DNA of 16,877 nt, from positions 1 to 16,877 of the forward strand of contig JBDRDL010000078.1 of assembly GCA_043820925.1 (NCBI GenBank). Reading direction: 5' to 3'. This DNA is from Methanobacteriota archaeon. Its GTDB lineage: Archaea; Hydrothermarchaeota; Hydrothermarchaeia; Hydrothermarchaeales; JACRDW01. Position numbers and translations under genes: made by a program. This document shows, one piece after another, positions 1 through 8,751 of the stretch. The notes under the pieces were generated by a model. It saw only the letters and a program-made list of their open reading frames with translations. It had not been told where the DNA came from and ran no database searches. The first letter of the stretch is position 1, and each line of letters opens with the position of its first letter.

Positions 1-1856
1 TGCGCATTTAGAATCGCTGTTCCGGTTGCGAGGAACTCGTCTTTTTCGTTAACTACGACTGCCTCCTGATAAGGCCTTATCTCCGGGTCGCAACCAAGCA
101 CGAACTTGGCAAAGACGCTCTTTCCCTCTTTTACGAATTCTTCTGCATCTTTATTTGCTACAACTCTATTTTTTGGATAAGGCAGCTTTAAAAGTCTCTT
201 TGCACCTTGCGGGGTTAAAATCAGAAAGCCGTCCTGCGCTCTTAAAGTTGCAAGTAGAATGTCTCCTGAATATATCCTCCTGATTCTCCCGGTTCTTGCT
301 ACCTCTGCTCTAACATCCTCGAACAAAACTTCACCTGCACCACTTCCGAACTGATAGTCAGCAATCGCCTGCATTTTTATTTTTATGTTCTTTTTCTGCC
401 TAAACATATCCAAATCTTCAAAAACTTCTCCTTTAATTTTTAGAAATTCCAGCGCCTTGTGCACAAATGTTCTTTCAAAACCTTTTGAATATTTTTTTAC
501 CCAGAATTTCATGAATTCAAGCTGGGCTTTTTCTGGCGCCGGGGCTTCGTGCTGGTTCAGCGGATAGACTTCCTCGATTTCGAGGGGAATTACCCCAAAA
601 ACCGGCGAGGCGATACAGACGTGATACTCTTCGCTACTCGCTAAATTATATGTTTTTGCATAGGGTTTTTCTGCATCTGGCAGCAGCACCAATTTTTCTG
701 CCCTGAACTTTATTTCATTCAGCTTTTTCAAATGCCTCAAAACTTCTGGTCTTTTCAGGGATTCTGCACCCGAATAAAAAAAAGCAGAATTTTTAGTAAC
801 TGGGTCAAATTTTTCGAAGTCGTATTCCAGAACAGTTCTTAAGGCACTTAGCATATAGGGGTGATTTCTCGCTCTCTTCTCTACCAATTCCCACAGCGAG
901 CCTTCGTATATGCTCTGCTTGACTCTTTTTATCTCCTGCAGCATGGCGTACAGATTGTGCCTTGCGAGCAGAATTTCCCGCTCTTTTTTATCCACGCTTA
1001 AAATTTCTTTTGGTTCGTGAGTCGAGCAGACTTCACAGGAGCAGGGGAACTCGTATATATCTCGCAGCCTCAGCGTACCTTCAGTCGTAATATACCTGCC
1101 GTCCCTAGCATAGAGCGAGTATGCAGCAGAGTCGAATATATCACAGCCGGTTGCGACAGCGAGCGCAAAAAGAATCGGATGCCCGCAGCCGAAGAGATGC
1201 ACCGGCTTGTCCAGCGGAAGAAATTTTTTAGAGTGCATTATAATTTTCACAAGCTCAGAAAATCGATAGCTTTCCATCAGGGGCACTACCCCGCCAATCG
1301 CAAAAACGTCAAAGCCGAGCTTTCCAATTTCCTCTGCGCTTTTTTCTCTCAACTTCAAATGTGTAGAGCCTTGTATAGCACCTGCAAGCAGCATTTTTCT
1401 CGGAATTTCTATGCTTTCTCTTGCCCTTTTAAGAGTTTCATTCAGGTCTTCCTCTGCTTTTTCATAACTTGAGTCAGGCGGCGTAGGAATATCAAGCATG
1501 ACTCCAATATCGCTTCCTATGGAATTTTGAAATTCGACGATTTCCCTCGCACCAACGCTTACTCTTCCGTATTCGAACAGCTGATAGGCTCCAGAATCTG
1601 TCATAACAACGCCGCCGAAGCCGAGCATTTTTTGAATTCCCCTCTCGACTGCGAGTTCCCTCAACTCTTTATTTCTGTATATTATGTAAGAATTTGTTAT
1701 CACGCTCTTGAAACCCATTCTTTTTAGTTCTTTTGCCGAGATGCCACCGAGCTTTGGATTTACTACAGGGAGTATTAGCGGAGTTTCGAGTTTTTTCCCA
1801 CTTACCTCTAAGATTCCAATTCTCCCCATCGCATCTCTGTGCTTTATTTCAAACAT
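1..1856 (-). CDS. tgtA: tRNA-guanine(15) transglycosylase (archaeosine TGT), 3' end runs off the window
   Basis: Not in the ORF track because it is truncated. Minus strand from ATG at 1856 reads MFEIKHRDAMGRIGILEVSGKKLETPLILPVVNP. The window edge reads GKSVFAKFVLGCDPEIRPYQEAVVVNEKDEFLATGTAILNA, a PUA-domain-like C-terminus typical of ArcTGT. Confidence 0.93.
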   Translation of the reverse strand, partial: MFEIKHRDAMGRIGILEVSGKKLETPLILPVVNPKLGGISAKELKRMGFKSVITNSYIIYRNKELRELAVERGIQKMLGFGGVVMTDSGAYQLFEYGRVSVGAREIVEFQNSIGSDIGVMLDIPTPPDSSYEKAEEDLNETLKRARESIEIPRKMLLAGAIQGSTHLKLREKSAEEIGKLGFDVFAIGGVVPLMESYRFSELVKIIMHSKKFLPLDKPVHLFGCGHPILFALAVATGCDIFDSAAYSLYARDGRYITTEGTLRLRDIYEFPCSCEVCSTHEPKEILSVDKKEREILLARHNLYAMLQEIKRVKQSIYEGSLWELVEKRARNHPYMLSALRTVLEYDFEKFDPVTKNSAFFYSGAESLKRPEVLRHLKKLNEIKFRAEKLVLLPDAEKPYAKTYNLASSEEYHVCIASPVFGVIPLEIEEVYPLNQHEAPAPEKAQLEFMKFWVKKYSKGFERTFVHKALEFLKIKGEVFEDLDMFRQKKNIKIKMQAIADYQFGSGAGEVLFEDVRAEVARTGRIRRIYSGDILLATLRAQDGFLILTPQGAKRLLKLPYPKNRVVANKDAEEFVKEGKSVFAKFVLGCDPEIRPYQEAVVVNEKDEFLATGTAILNA

Positions 1857-2040
1857 TTTCAATCCACTCCTCGAAACTCATTGCATTCGTTTCTCGTCGT
1901 GTCTTGACCCATAAAAGGACTCATTTGAACTCACTCGTCGAACTTGCTATCGCATTCGCTTCGTAGAAGCGAGAGCACGAGTATCGCTCATGCTTTCGTT
2001 CTTTCGGAACGAGTGCTTCGTTCTCCTCCTGTCTTCACCC
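1854..2040 (-). repeat. Mosaic palindromic repeat cluster A: two GA-ladder hairpin units (1854-1910, 1922-2040), the second with nested hairpins
   Basis: 1854-1910 is nearly identical to 8749-8806. 1952-2018 resembles 8985-9050. Both units begin catttt/gaa.. and end tgtctt(g/c)accc on +. Confidence 0.9.
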
Positions 2041-2048
2041 TTAATATC

Positions 2049-2077
2049 CTGCGCAAGCTTTATTTAGCTTTGCGCAG
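2049..2077. promoter_or_regulatory. Putative divergent TATA/BRE promoter for tgtA and nnr, inside an imperfect palindrome
   Basis: ctgcgcaagct-ttattt-agctttgcgcag is an AT-rich TATA-like core with inverted arms, lying between two divergent genes. Confidence 0.5.
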
Positions 2078-2087
2078 ATTGAAAATC

Positions 2088-3533
2088 ATGAAGTACATCA
2101 CCCATAAAGAAATGCGCATTTTGGATATAAACTCAGAATATTTTGGAGTTCCGCGCAGCACGCTGATGGAGAATGCTGGAAGGCAGGTCTTCGAGACCTT
2201 GAGGAAGAGATTTAAAATAAAAGACAAGAAAATCGCAGTCTTCTGCGGCACGGGCAACAACGGCGGCGATGGTTTCGTTGCGGCGAGGTACCTCGCCAGC
2301 GAAGGAGCAAAAGTTGATGTAATATTGCTCGGCAGCGAAGCTGAGATAAGAACTTCTGAAGCAAGAGAAAAATTTGGACTTATTAGAAAAAATAGGAAAA
2401 TAAAAATTCTCAAAAAAATAAAAAATAATTACGACATAATCATCGACGCCATCCTCGGCACAGGAATAGAGGGGGAGCTGAGGGGGCCTATCGCATCTGC
2501 TGTAGAAAGGATAAACAAATCAAAGGCTTTTAAAGTCAGCGTGGACATGCCTACTGGTTTTGGTTCAAAGCGCTGCGTGAATGCAGATTTGGTCGTGACT
2601 TTTCATGCAATGAAGAAAGGTCTGGAGAAGTTCAATACCATCATAGCTGACATAGGGATTCCTAAAGAGGCAGAGAGTTGCGTAGGACCTGGCGACTTAA
2701 TCGTCAACCTGAAGAGAGATAGGGAGTCCAGAAAAGGCGACAACGGTAAAGTTCTGGTCGTGGGGGGCAGCGACCTGTACTATGGAGCTCCAATTTTGAG
2801 CGCTTTCGGTGCTCTAAATTCTGGTGTGGATTTAGTTTATTTAGCTGTTCCTGAAGGGAATTATGAGGTAACCAGGGCTTTTTCTCCAGATTTCATCGTC
2901 AGGAAATATCCGGGCGATTTTCTCAGTCCAAGTGGTATTGGTGCTATTCTCGGACTGACAGAGAATTGCGATTGTGTGGTTATCGGTCCAGGGCTTGGTA
3001 TCAGGAACGAAACCAAAAGTGCTGTTTTGGAAGTCTTAAAGAAAATAAAAATTCCTGCGGTTATTGATGCAGATGCGCTGAAAGCAATAGCAGAAAAAAA
3101 AGAACTGCTTAAAAAACTAAATGCTGTGCTGACTCCGCATGCGGGCGAGTTTAGAATTTTAACCGGCGAGGAGCTTTCTGGGGATTTAGAAGAAAGAAAA
3201 AAAGTTGTTCTAAGGCATGCAGAGAAGCTCAACGCAGCGATTCTGCTTAAAGCGCCTGTGGATATAATAGCCTCGCAGGACGGCAGGATAAAGCTCAATG
3301 CAACTGGCAATGCGGGCATGACGGTTGGAGGCACTGGCGATGTTCTTGCGGGCATTGTAGCGAGCTTCGTTGCGCAGAAGTTAGAGCCTTTCGACGCAGC
3401 ATGCTGCGCAGCCTTCGTCAACGGCACTGCCGGCGACGAGCTGTACAAGTTCAAGGGCTACTGCTTTACTGCAAGCGATGTTGCAGGTGAGCTGCCCAGC
3501 ATTATAAAAAAATTCACTGCTTCATTAGGCTGA
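2088..3533 (+). CDS. nnr: Bifunctional NAD(P)HX epimerase/dehydratase (NnrE-NnrD fusion, YjeF)
   Basis: LMENAG, CGTGNNGGDG, DAILGTG, KGDNGKVLVVGGS, GPGLG, DADAL, LTPHAGEF and GGTGDVLAG motifs. The real start is most likely ATG 2088 (MKYIT), not the upstream extension through the repeat. Confidence 0.95.
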   Translation: MKYITHKEMRILDINSEYFGVPRSTLMENAGRQVFETLRKRFKIKDKKIAVFCGTGNNGGDGFVAARYLASEGAKVDVILLGSEAEIRTSEAREKFGLIRKNRKIKILKKIKNNYDIIIDAILGTGIEGELRGPIASAVERINKSKAFKVSVDMPTGFGSKRCVNADLVVTFHAMKKGLEKFNTIIADIGIPKEAESCVGPGDLIVNLKRDRESRKGDNGKVLVVGGSDLYYGAPILSAFGALNSGVDLVYLAVPEGNYEVTRAFSPDFIVRKYPGDFLSPSGIGAILGLTENCDCVVIGPGLGIRNETKSAVLEVLKKIKIPAVIDADALKAIAEKKELLKKLNAVLTPHAGEFRILTGEELSGDLEERKKVVLRHAEKLNAAILLKAPVDIIASQDGRIKLNATGNAGMTVGGTGDVLAGIVASFVAQKLEPFDAACCAAFVNGTAGDELYKFKGYCFTASDVAGELPSIIKKFTASLG

Positions 3534-4608
3534 TGAGCAGTCCTATCGCAGACAGAGAGGAAGCGAGATACATTGTCGCATGGAATCCATACGCCTGCGA
3601 GATAACGCCGCCGAGCAGAGAGCCGAAAATTACGGAAACATTGGTAATAGAGTTCAATATACCCACGCAGGCAGCCTTCTCCTCATTTCTATTTGTTAAG
3701 AAAATCAGCGAGCCGACATACAGACATGAATAAGAGACAGCGAGAAAAATCTGTATCGGCATCACGTGGTAGAAATTTTTTGAAAGAGTATAAGAGAAAA
3801 ATACCAGCAATGAGAGAAGCAGACCTGCGTTGACCAGTTTTGTATCCTTTGCTATATCCACCCTCCGCATCACCAAAAACTGTGTTCCCGCATTTATAGT
3901 ATACATAGCCCCAATCCAGAATTTGCTTGCGCCCAGCTCTGCGAGGAACAGCGGGAAAATAATCCATATAGAAAATGCGCCCAGGTTGCGCAGGAATGTG
4001 GGCAAGTAGACATATATGTTCTTCCTGATCAATTCAAGCGGAAAAAGCGAAACCTTCACGGTTTTCATCTTCACCTCTGGCAGCTTGAGCGATACATAGG
4101 AGGAGAATAGAAACAGCAGAGAGCTCAGTGCGAATACCTCCCAGTACGGCAGCAGCCTGTTGACATGCGCATACATCTCTCCGTGCTGGGCGATAATTCC
4201 TGCGAGCAATCCGCCAAATGCCCAGCCGAGAGCTCCATAAGAGCTGAACATCCCCATTTTTACCCCGGATTCGAAGGAGTATGCTATTAGCGGGGCAGTA
4301 AATATTCCCAGAGAAAAACCGGCAAGACCGCGGACTATCATGAGCGAGAGTGCATCCTTTGCAACGATCTGCAGGAAGAAGGCAAGAGCAGATAAGAGCA
4401 GACCTGCTGTTAGAAAGATTCTTCTGTCCCGCATATCAGAGGCTCTTCCAAAAATGTATGAGGAGAAAAAAATAGCAAATCCGTAGGATGCGCCTATCAA
4501 ACCTATTTCTGCCATGCTTGCACCTATCTCAAGCGCAAAGTTGGGTATGAATATCGCTGACATCATTATCGCTGTATTTGAAAAAAACTGTATTATATTC
4601 GGGCGCAT
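3514..4608 (-). CDS. MFS transporter
   Basis: Multiple hydrophobic helices and a motif A-like GRASDMRDRR. Likely ATG at 4608 (MRPNII). Convergent 20-bp overlap with nnr. Confidence 0.88.
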   Translation of the reverse strand: MRPNIIQFFSNTAIMMSAIFIPNFALEIGASMAEIGLIGASYGFAIFFSSYIFGRASDMRDRRIFLTAGLLLSALAFFLQIVAKDALSLMIVRGLAGFSLGIFTAPLIAYSFESGVKMGMFSSYGALGWAFGGLLAGIIAQHGEMYAHVNRLLPYWEVFALSSLLFLFSSYVSLKLPEVKMKTVKVSLFPLELIRKNIYVYLPTFLRNLGAFSIWIIFPLFLAELGASKFWIGAMYTINAGTQFLVMRRVDIAKDTKLVNAGLLLSLLVFFSYTLSKNFYHVMPIQIFLAVSYSCLYVGSLIFLTNRNEEKAACVGILNSITNVSVIFGSLLGGVISQAYGFHATMYLASSLSAIGLLISLMKQ

Positions 4609-4747
4609 ATTAATATCTCTAACCAAGTTCTTAGATGCCAGTACTTAAATATTTTTTTTGTTAGTATTTCTAAGTTTATAGCACCAAAAAGATAATAAAA
4701 TATTTCCGAAACGTTTATATATGTACTCAAGCCCAAATACTCCTAAC

Positions 4748-4786
4748 GACGGGTACATTTTCAGTTAGCTTTCCTAACTGCCCGTC
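4748..4786. other. Intergenic stem-loop (possible terminator/processing hairpin or small RNA)
   Basis: gacggg-tacatttt-cagttag-ctttc-ctaactg-cccgtc forms 6-bp plus 7-bp stems. A TATA-like gaaacgtttatatat lies about 25 nt upstream on +. Confidence 0.4.
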
Positions 4787-4797
4787 TTTACCCCCTT

Positions 4798-4911
4798 TTA
4801 ACATGAGCTGTGCTTGATAGCCTTTGTTTGGCATGCTTCCATGCAGGCGCAGCATTCGATGCAGTCCTCCACCCTCGGTGCGATAGACTTGCTATCCACG
4901 AGCTCATACAC
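4798..4911 (-). pseudogene. C-terminal half of a 2[4Fe-4S] ferredoxin (truncated gene or 37-aa mini-ferredoxin from a GTG start)
   Basis: (D)VYELVDSKSIAPRVEDCIECCACMEACQTKAIKHSSC* contains CxxCxxCxxxC. In-frame TAG/TGA lie immediately upstream. An SD-like aaggag plus ATG at 4921 is out of frame. Confidence 0.75.
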
Positions 4912-5025
4912 ATCCTATCATCTCCTTTTTATGCTTTGCAACTGGTATAAAAAGTTTTTAGACTTGACTCTGGTAGTGTGAGGGAGAGCTTGAATGGAGT
5001 TAGGGTTAAAACCGTAAATTAATTT

Positions 5026-5127
5026 TCATTTCCGCTTGTGTAGGGTACAGTATTTGGATTTTCCGACAGCATACATCTTGCAATTTTTATGTTCTTTGGT
5101 TTTTGCTGCGCATCTTTTTTTGTCCAT
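5026..5127 (-). CDS. 33-aa basic CCCH zinc-finger microprotein (DUF5763-like pattern)
   Basis: MDKKRCAAKTKEHKNCKMYAVGKSKYCTLHKRK* has C-x9-C-x10-C-x2-H. Strong archaeal SD GGGGTGA just upstream and a TATA-like region near 5161-5174. Confidence 0.7.
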   Translation of the reverse strand: MDKKRCAAKTKEHKNCKMYAVGKSKYCTLHKRK

Positions 5128-5249
5128 ACTCTATCACCCCAGAATGATTGTGGCGAACTCTTATAAGTACTTATGGTTTTTGTGCATTTGCTCCACGGAC
5201 TAGTGGTAACCCGAATTTCAAGATTAGTTTTCTGGCTCCAAAAACTTGG

Positions 5250-5267
5250 ATAGCGGGGGGTCGATTT
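5250..5267 (-). repeat. 18-bp direct repeat of the tRNA-iMet 3' end (att-like)
   Basis: atagcggggggtcgattt at 5250-5267 is identical to 5362-5379. Confidence 0.9.
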
Positions 5268-5311
5268 AGAACCAGCCCTTTTGCACGGCAAAAGCGCTGG
5301 CGGAAAATCGG

Positions 5312-5361
5312 TGTCGAGCGACCGAGAACGAGGCGTAGCCGAAGTTCGAGGGAGGGTGACA
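5312..5361 (+). repeat. GA-ladder hairpin unit abutting the tRNA 3' end
   Basis: TGTC GA GC GA CC GA GAAC GA GGC GTA GCC GA A GTTC GA GG GA GG GT GACA has the same architecture as the units at 1854-2040 and 8749-9066. Confidence 0.75.
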
Positions 5362-5362
5362 A

Positions 5363-5463
5363 TAGCGGGGGGTCGATTTGAACGACCGTTCTCCGGGTGT
5401 CTCACCCCGGCTTGCGCCAGTGTTATGAGCCCGGCGGGATTGCCCTGGCTACCCCACCCCGCT
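5363..5463 (-). tRNA. Initiator tRNA-Met (CAT) with a 25-nt BHB intron at 37/38 (intron 5399-5423); CCA not encoded
   Basis: Acceptor AGCGGGG/CCCCGCT with A1-U72, anticodon stem CCGGG/CCCGG with three G-C pairs, loop CT-CAT-A|A, T arm GGTCG-TTCAAAT-CGACC. BHB: CTCA/TGAG helix with TA|A and AC|A bulges. Confidence 0.95.
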
Positions 5464-5517
5464 TTTTTTTCTGTGGTGTGGTGGATAAAGTAAACAATGA
5501 TATTAACTAAGGAAAAA

Positions 5518-6444
5518 TTATTCAAATTCAATCGTAGCAGGGGGCTTGTCTGTTATGTCGTAAAATACTCGCGTTACCCCTGGTATCTCCCTCGTTATCC
5601 TCTTCTGGATTTTTTTTAAAACTTCCCAGGGTATCGGCATGGCTGTAGCTGTCATTGCATCCACGCTCTCTACCGCCCTCACAGCTATGGTGTAGCCGTA
5701 CTCTCTTATGTCCCCCTTTACTCCAACTGTTTTTTCTTCAAGGAGCGCAGCCAGTGCCTGCCATGGTTTCAGTCCAGCCTTTTCGATTTCTTCTTCTACA
5801 ATTGCATTCGCTTCCTTTACTATTGCAATCTTCTCTGGAGTGAGCTCTCCAACAACTCTGACAGACAGCCCTGGACCCGGAAACGGCATTCTCTCGGAAA
5901 CACTCTCTGGCAGTCTCAGCTCTCTCGCTACCTTTCTTACCTCATCCTTGTACAAATCCCGCAGCGGCTCTACCAGTCTAAGAGTCATTCCAGAAGGCAA
6001 GCCAGCGACGTTGTGGTGGCTTTTTATCCCTCCCATGCTCTCTATCCAGTCTGGAGCTATAGTGCCCTGGACTAGATATTTTGCTTTCTCTTTTATCGCA
6101 ACCTCCTCAAAAATTCTTATGAAAAGCTCTCCGACTATCTTGCGCTTCTTCTCCGGTTCGGTAGCGCCCTTCAAAGCTTTCAGAAACCTCTCTCTTGCGT
6201 TGACTACAACTAAATTCATTCCAATTTTCCTGAAGATTTCAACTATCTCCTTCTCCTCATTTTTTCTCATAAGTCCGTGGTCCACGAAAACTGCGACGAG
6301 GTTTCTGCCTACTGCTTTGTGCGCAAGCACAGCAGCAACGCCGCTGTCAACGCCTCCGGAGAGGGCGATGATTGTTGTCTCGTTATCTATCTGCTTTTTG
6401 ACATCTGCTATTGCTTTTTGAACGAATTTTTTGCAGTCGAACAT
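5518..6444 (-). CDS. guaAB: GMP synthase, ATP-pyrophosphatase subunit B
   Basis: [32 protein letters not shown] and [14 protein letters not shown] motifs. No GATase domain (archaeal split type). Likely ATG at 6444 (MFDCKKF). Confidence 0.96.
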   Translation of the reverse strand: MFDCKKFVQKAIADVKKQIDNETTIIALSGGVDSGVAAVLAHKAVGRNLVAVFVDHGLMRKNEEKEIVEIFRKIGMNLVVVNARERFLKALKGATEPEKKRKIVGELFIRIFEEVAIKEKAKYLVQGTIAPDWIESMGGIKSHHNVAGLPSGMTLRLVEPLRDLYKDEVRKVARELRLPESVSERMPFPGPGLSVRVVGELTPEKIAIVKEANAIVEEEIEKAGLKPWQALAALLEEKTVGVKGDIREYGYTIAVRAVESVDAMTATAMPIPWEVLKKIQKRITREIPGVTRVFYDITDKPPATIEFE

Positions 6445-6511
6445 GTTCTCACTCAATCATCAGAATCTTTGCGAACATACTTTATCCTATGTCCCATGGC
6501 TTAAAAATCTT

Positions 6512-6883
6512 TCAAATAATCTCTACGTCTTCTATTCCTTTAAAATGCGCATCTTTCATCATGAGCCCTTGGTTTAGACTTCTTGCAGTCGCTAGTATCA
6601 GTCCATCCATCAAGCCAAAATTTTTATTGGTCTTTTGCATCGTGTGAGTAATTTCTGCCCCGGATTCGCAGATGCTTTTTGTGATTTCTACGATTGAGAC
6701 CATCTTACTGGTTTTCTCAAGCCAGATTGCATAGTCTCTATTGTTTTTTATGCACCAAATTTTAGCTTCAGCCAAACTTAAAATAGAAATAAAGCAGGGT
6801 TCCCTCTTTAATATTGCTGCTACCCTTTCACCCCTCTTGGAACCTAGGAAATGCTCTATCACAGCGCTGGTATCAAGAAACAT
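6512..6883 (-). CDS. vapC: VapC-like PIN-domain toxin
   Basis: MFLDTSAVI...SLAE...GLMDGLILATA...KDAHF PIN pattern. TAATG coupling to the upstream antitoxin. Confidence 0.88.
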   Translation of the reverse strand: MFLDTSAVIEHFLGSKRGERVAAILKREPCFISILSLAEAKIWCIKNNRDYAIWLEKTSKMVSIVEITKSICESGAEITHTMQKTNKNFGLMDGLILATARSLNQGLMMKDAHFKGIEDVEII

Positions 6884-7101
6884 TAGAGTCCCCTCTCTAA
6901 ATGGTCGATTCTCTTGAATCCTTTAGCGCCTCTGAACATGCCGAAAGTTTCATTTACAGTTTTATTTCGCTCTTTATCCAGTATCGCAATCTTTATAAGC
7001 TGCCCTTCCTCTATTTTTCTCTCTGCAACTACTTCTTTTGGTATCAGTACCCACAGCGAGTTGCCAATCTTAGTTGTTTTAGATTCTACTACATCTGACA
7101 T
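6883..7101 (-). CDS. AbrB/MazE-family antitoxin
   Basis: KIGNSLWVLIPKEV...IEEGQ AbrB-type motif, immediately upstream of the PIN gene. Confidence 0.85.
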   Translation of the reverse strand: MSDVVESKTTKIGNSLWVLIPKEVVAERKIEEGQLIKIAILDKERNKTVNETFGMFRGAKGFKRIDHLERGL

Positions 7102-7115
7102 AATTTTACCTGATT

Positions 7116-7134
7116 TAGTTAAACAGTTTAACTA
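7116..7134. promoter_or_regulatory. Perfect palindromic operator upstream of the TA pair
   Basis: tagttaaac-a-gtttaacta (9-bp perfect arms) lies about 15 bp upstream of the antitoxin ATG. Confidence 0.6.
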
Positions 7135-7143
7135 CTAAAAAAA

Positions 7144-8751
7144 TTATTGACCTTTCTTCGTTATTGCAGCCTCGACAAAAGCCTTGAAAACTGGTGCAGG
7201 GTCGAGTGGACGGGATTTGAACTCAGGGTGAAACTGCGTCGCAAGGAAGTGAAAGTGCCCCGGGATTTCCAGTATCTCCATCCTCCTTCCATTGTCGCTT
7301 CTTGCTGAAAATTTCAAGCCGTGCTTTTCAAATTGTGCAATGTACGCAGGGTTGACTTCATATCTGTGGCGGTGGCGCTCTCCGACTTCGCTCTTGCCGT
7401 ATATTCTGTACGCAAGGGTATCTTTTTCTATTGTCAGAGGAATTTCCCCAAGCCTCATAGTACCGCCCATCTGCGTGATATCTTTCTGCTCTGGCAGAAG
7501 GTCGATAACAGGGTGCGGCGTTTGCGGCTCTAGTTCTGTGCTGTTTGCCCCCTTCAATCCCAAAACATTTCTCGCAAATTCTATTGCAGCGAGCTGGAAG
7601 CCGAAGCAAATTCCAAGGTAGGGTATATTTTTTTTGCGTGCATACTCAATTGCTAAAATTTTTCCTTCAGAGCCTCTCTTGCCAAACCCCCCTGGTACAA
7701 GTATGCCGTCTACTCCTTGCAGCGAGCTGACTTTCTTCGGGTCGTCTTCCAAATCAAGGGATTCAATCCACACAATCTCAACCCTGCGGTCAGAATCATA
7801 ACCCGCATGTCTGAGAGCCTCCACGATGCTTATGTAAGAATCTCTCAAGCCAGTATACTTGCCCACGATTGCAATTTTCACAGCTTCTCGCACGCTCTTC
7901 GTTTTTTCAACGAACTTCTCCCATGCTTTAATATCATAGCTCCTCTCTCTCATGTTCAGCTTGCTGAGTATATCGTCGCCAACCCCCTGCTCCTCCATGA
8001 CGAGGGGAACTTCATAAACGCTCTCCATGTCGTGGTTGCTTATTACGTCTCTTTTACTAACGTCGCAGAAAAGTGCTATCTTCGCCTTAGTTTCTTCGAA
8101 AAGAGGTTTGTTAGTCCTGCAAACGATTATGTCAGGTTGAATACCAATGCCCCTGAGTTCCTTAACGCTGTGCTGCGTGGGTTTCGTTTTCTGCTCGCCG
8201 ACCGCCTCGAGGGTAGGAACGAGCGTAACGTGGACGAAGAGCACATTTTCCTTTCCGTTCTCCATTCTCATCTGCCGCATTGCTTCTAAGAAAGGCATGC
8301 TTTCTATGTCTCCGACCGTTCCTCCGATTTCTACGAGAAGGATGTCCGGGTTGTTAATCCTCGCAATCTCATAGATTTTCTTCTTAATCTCGTCGGTCAC
8401 GTGGGGAATAATCTGCACAGTCTGCCCGAGATATTCACCCTTCCTTTCCTTTTCCAAGACTGTCAGGTAAATCCTGCCGGTCGTTATGTTATGCTCCCTG
8501 CCGATTTCAACGTCCAGAAAGCGCTCATAGTGCCCGAAGTCCAAATCAGCTTCATAGCCATCTTTAGTTACCCAGACTTCACCGTGCTGATAAGGATTCA
8601 TCAGCCCAGGGTCCACGTTCAGGTAGGGGTCTATTTTGCAGACATCTACTTTTATGCCCCGGCAGCGCAATATCTTGCCTATCGCAGCGGTTGCTACACC
8701 CTTGCCCAGGCCTGAAAGCACTCCTCCAGTCGTTATTATATACTTCGTCAT
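7144..8751 (-). CDS. pyrG: CTP synthase
   Basis: [34 protein letters not shown] and QFHPEF motifs. Likely ATG at 8751. Confidence 0.98.
   Translation of the reverse strand: MTKYIITTGGVLSGLGKGVATAAIGKILRCRGIKVDVCKIDPYLNVDPGLMNPYQHGEVWVTKDGYEADLDFGHYERFLDVEIGREHNITTGRIYLTVLEKERKGEYLGQTVQIIPHVTDEIKKKIYEIARINNPDILLVEIGGTVGDIESMPFLEAMRQMRMENGKENVLFVHVTLVPTLEAVGEQKTKPTQHSVKELRGIGIQPDIIVCRTNKPLFEETKAKIALFCDVSKRDVISNHDMESVYEVPLVMEEQGVGDDILSKLNMRERSYDIKAWEKFVEKTKSVREAVKIAIVGKYTGLRDSYISIVEALRHAGYDSDRRVEIVWIESLDLEDDPKKVSSLQGVDGILVPGGFGKRGSEGKILAIEYARKKNIPYLGICFGFQLAAIEFARNVLGLKGANSTELEPQTPHPVIDLLPEQKDITQMGGTMRLGEIPLTIEKDTLAYRIYGKSEVGERHRHRYEVNPAYIAQFEKHGLKFSARSDNGRRMEILEIPGHFHFLATQFHPEFKSRPLDPAPVFKAFVEAAITKKGQ

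Noticed and set aside
1944..2087. 48-aa N-terminal extension of Nnr in the ORF track
   Set aside because: It is read-through of repeat and promoter DNA from a TTG. Homology-like sequence starts at ATG 2088.
4748..4786. Archaeal SECIS downstream of the ferredoxin
   Set aside because: It lacks the GAA/A internal loop with a short GC apical stem, and there is no in-frame TGA at a Cys position.
4972..4980. GGTAGTGTG resembling the cassette TIR
   Set aside because: Only 8 nt match, and I found no inverted partner or target duplication.
5019..5531. 170-aa minus-strand ORF and other ORFs over the tRNA
   Set aside because: They run through the tRNA gene and hairpins and have no protein-like features.
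6445..6511. guaAA remnant or leader peptide upstream of guaAB
   Set aside because: Only 9-14-codon ORFs without GATase motifs. The region looks like a simple promoter (aaagatttttaag), and guaAA is often unlinked in archaea.
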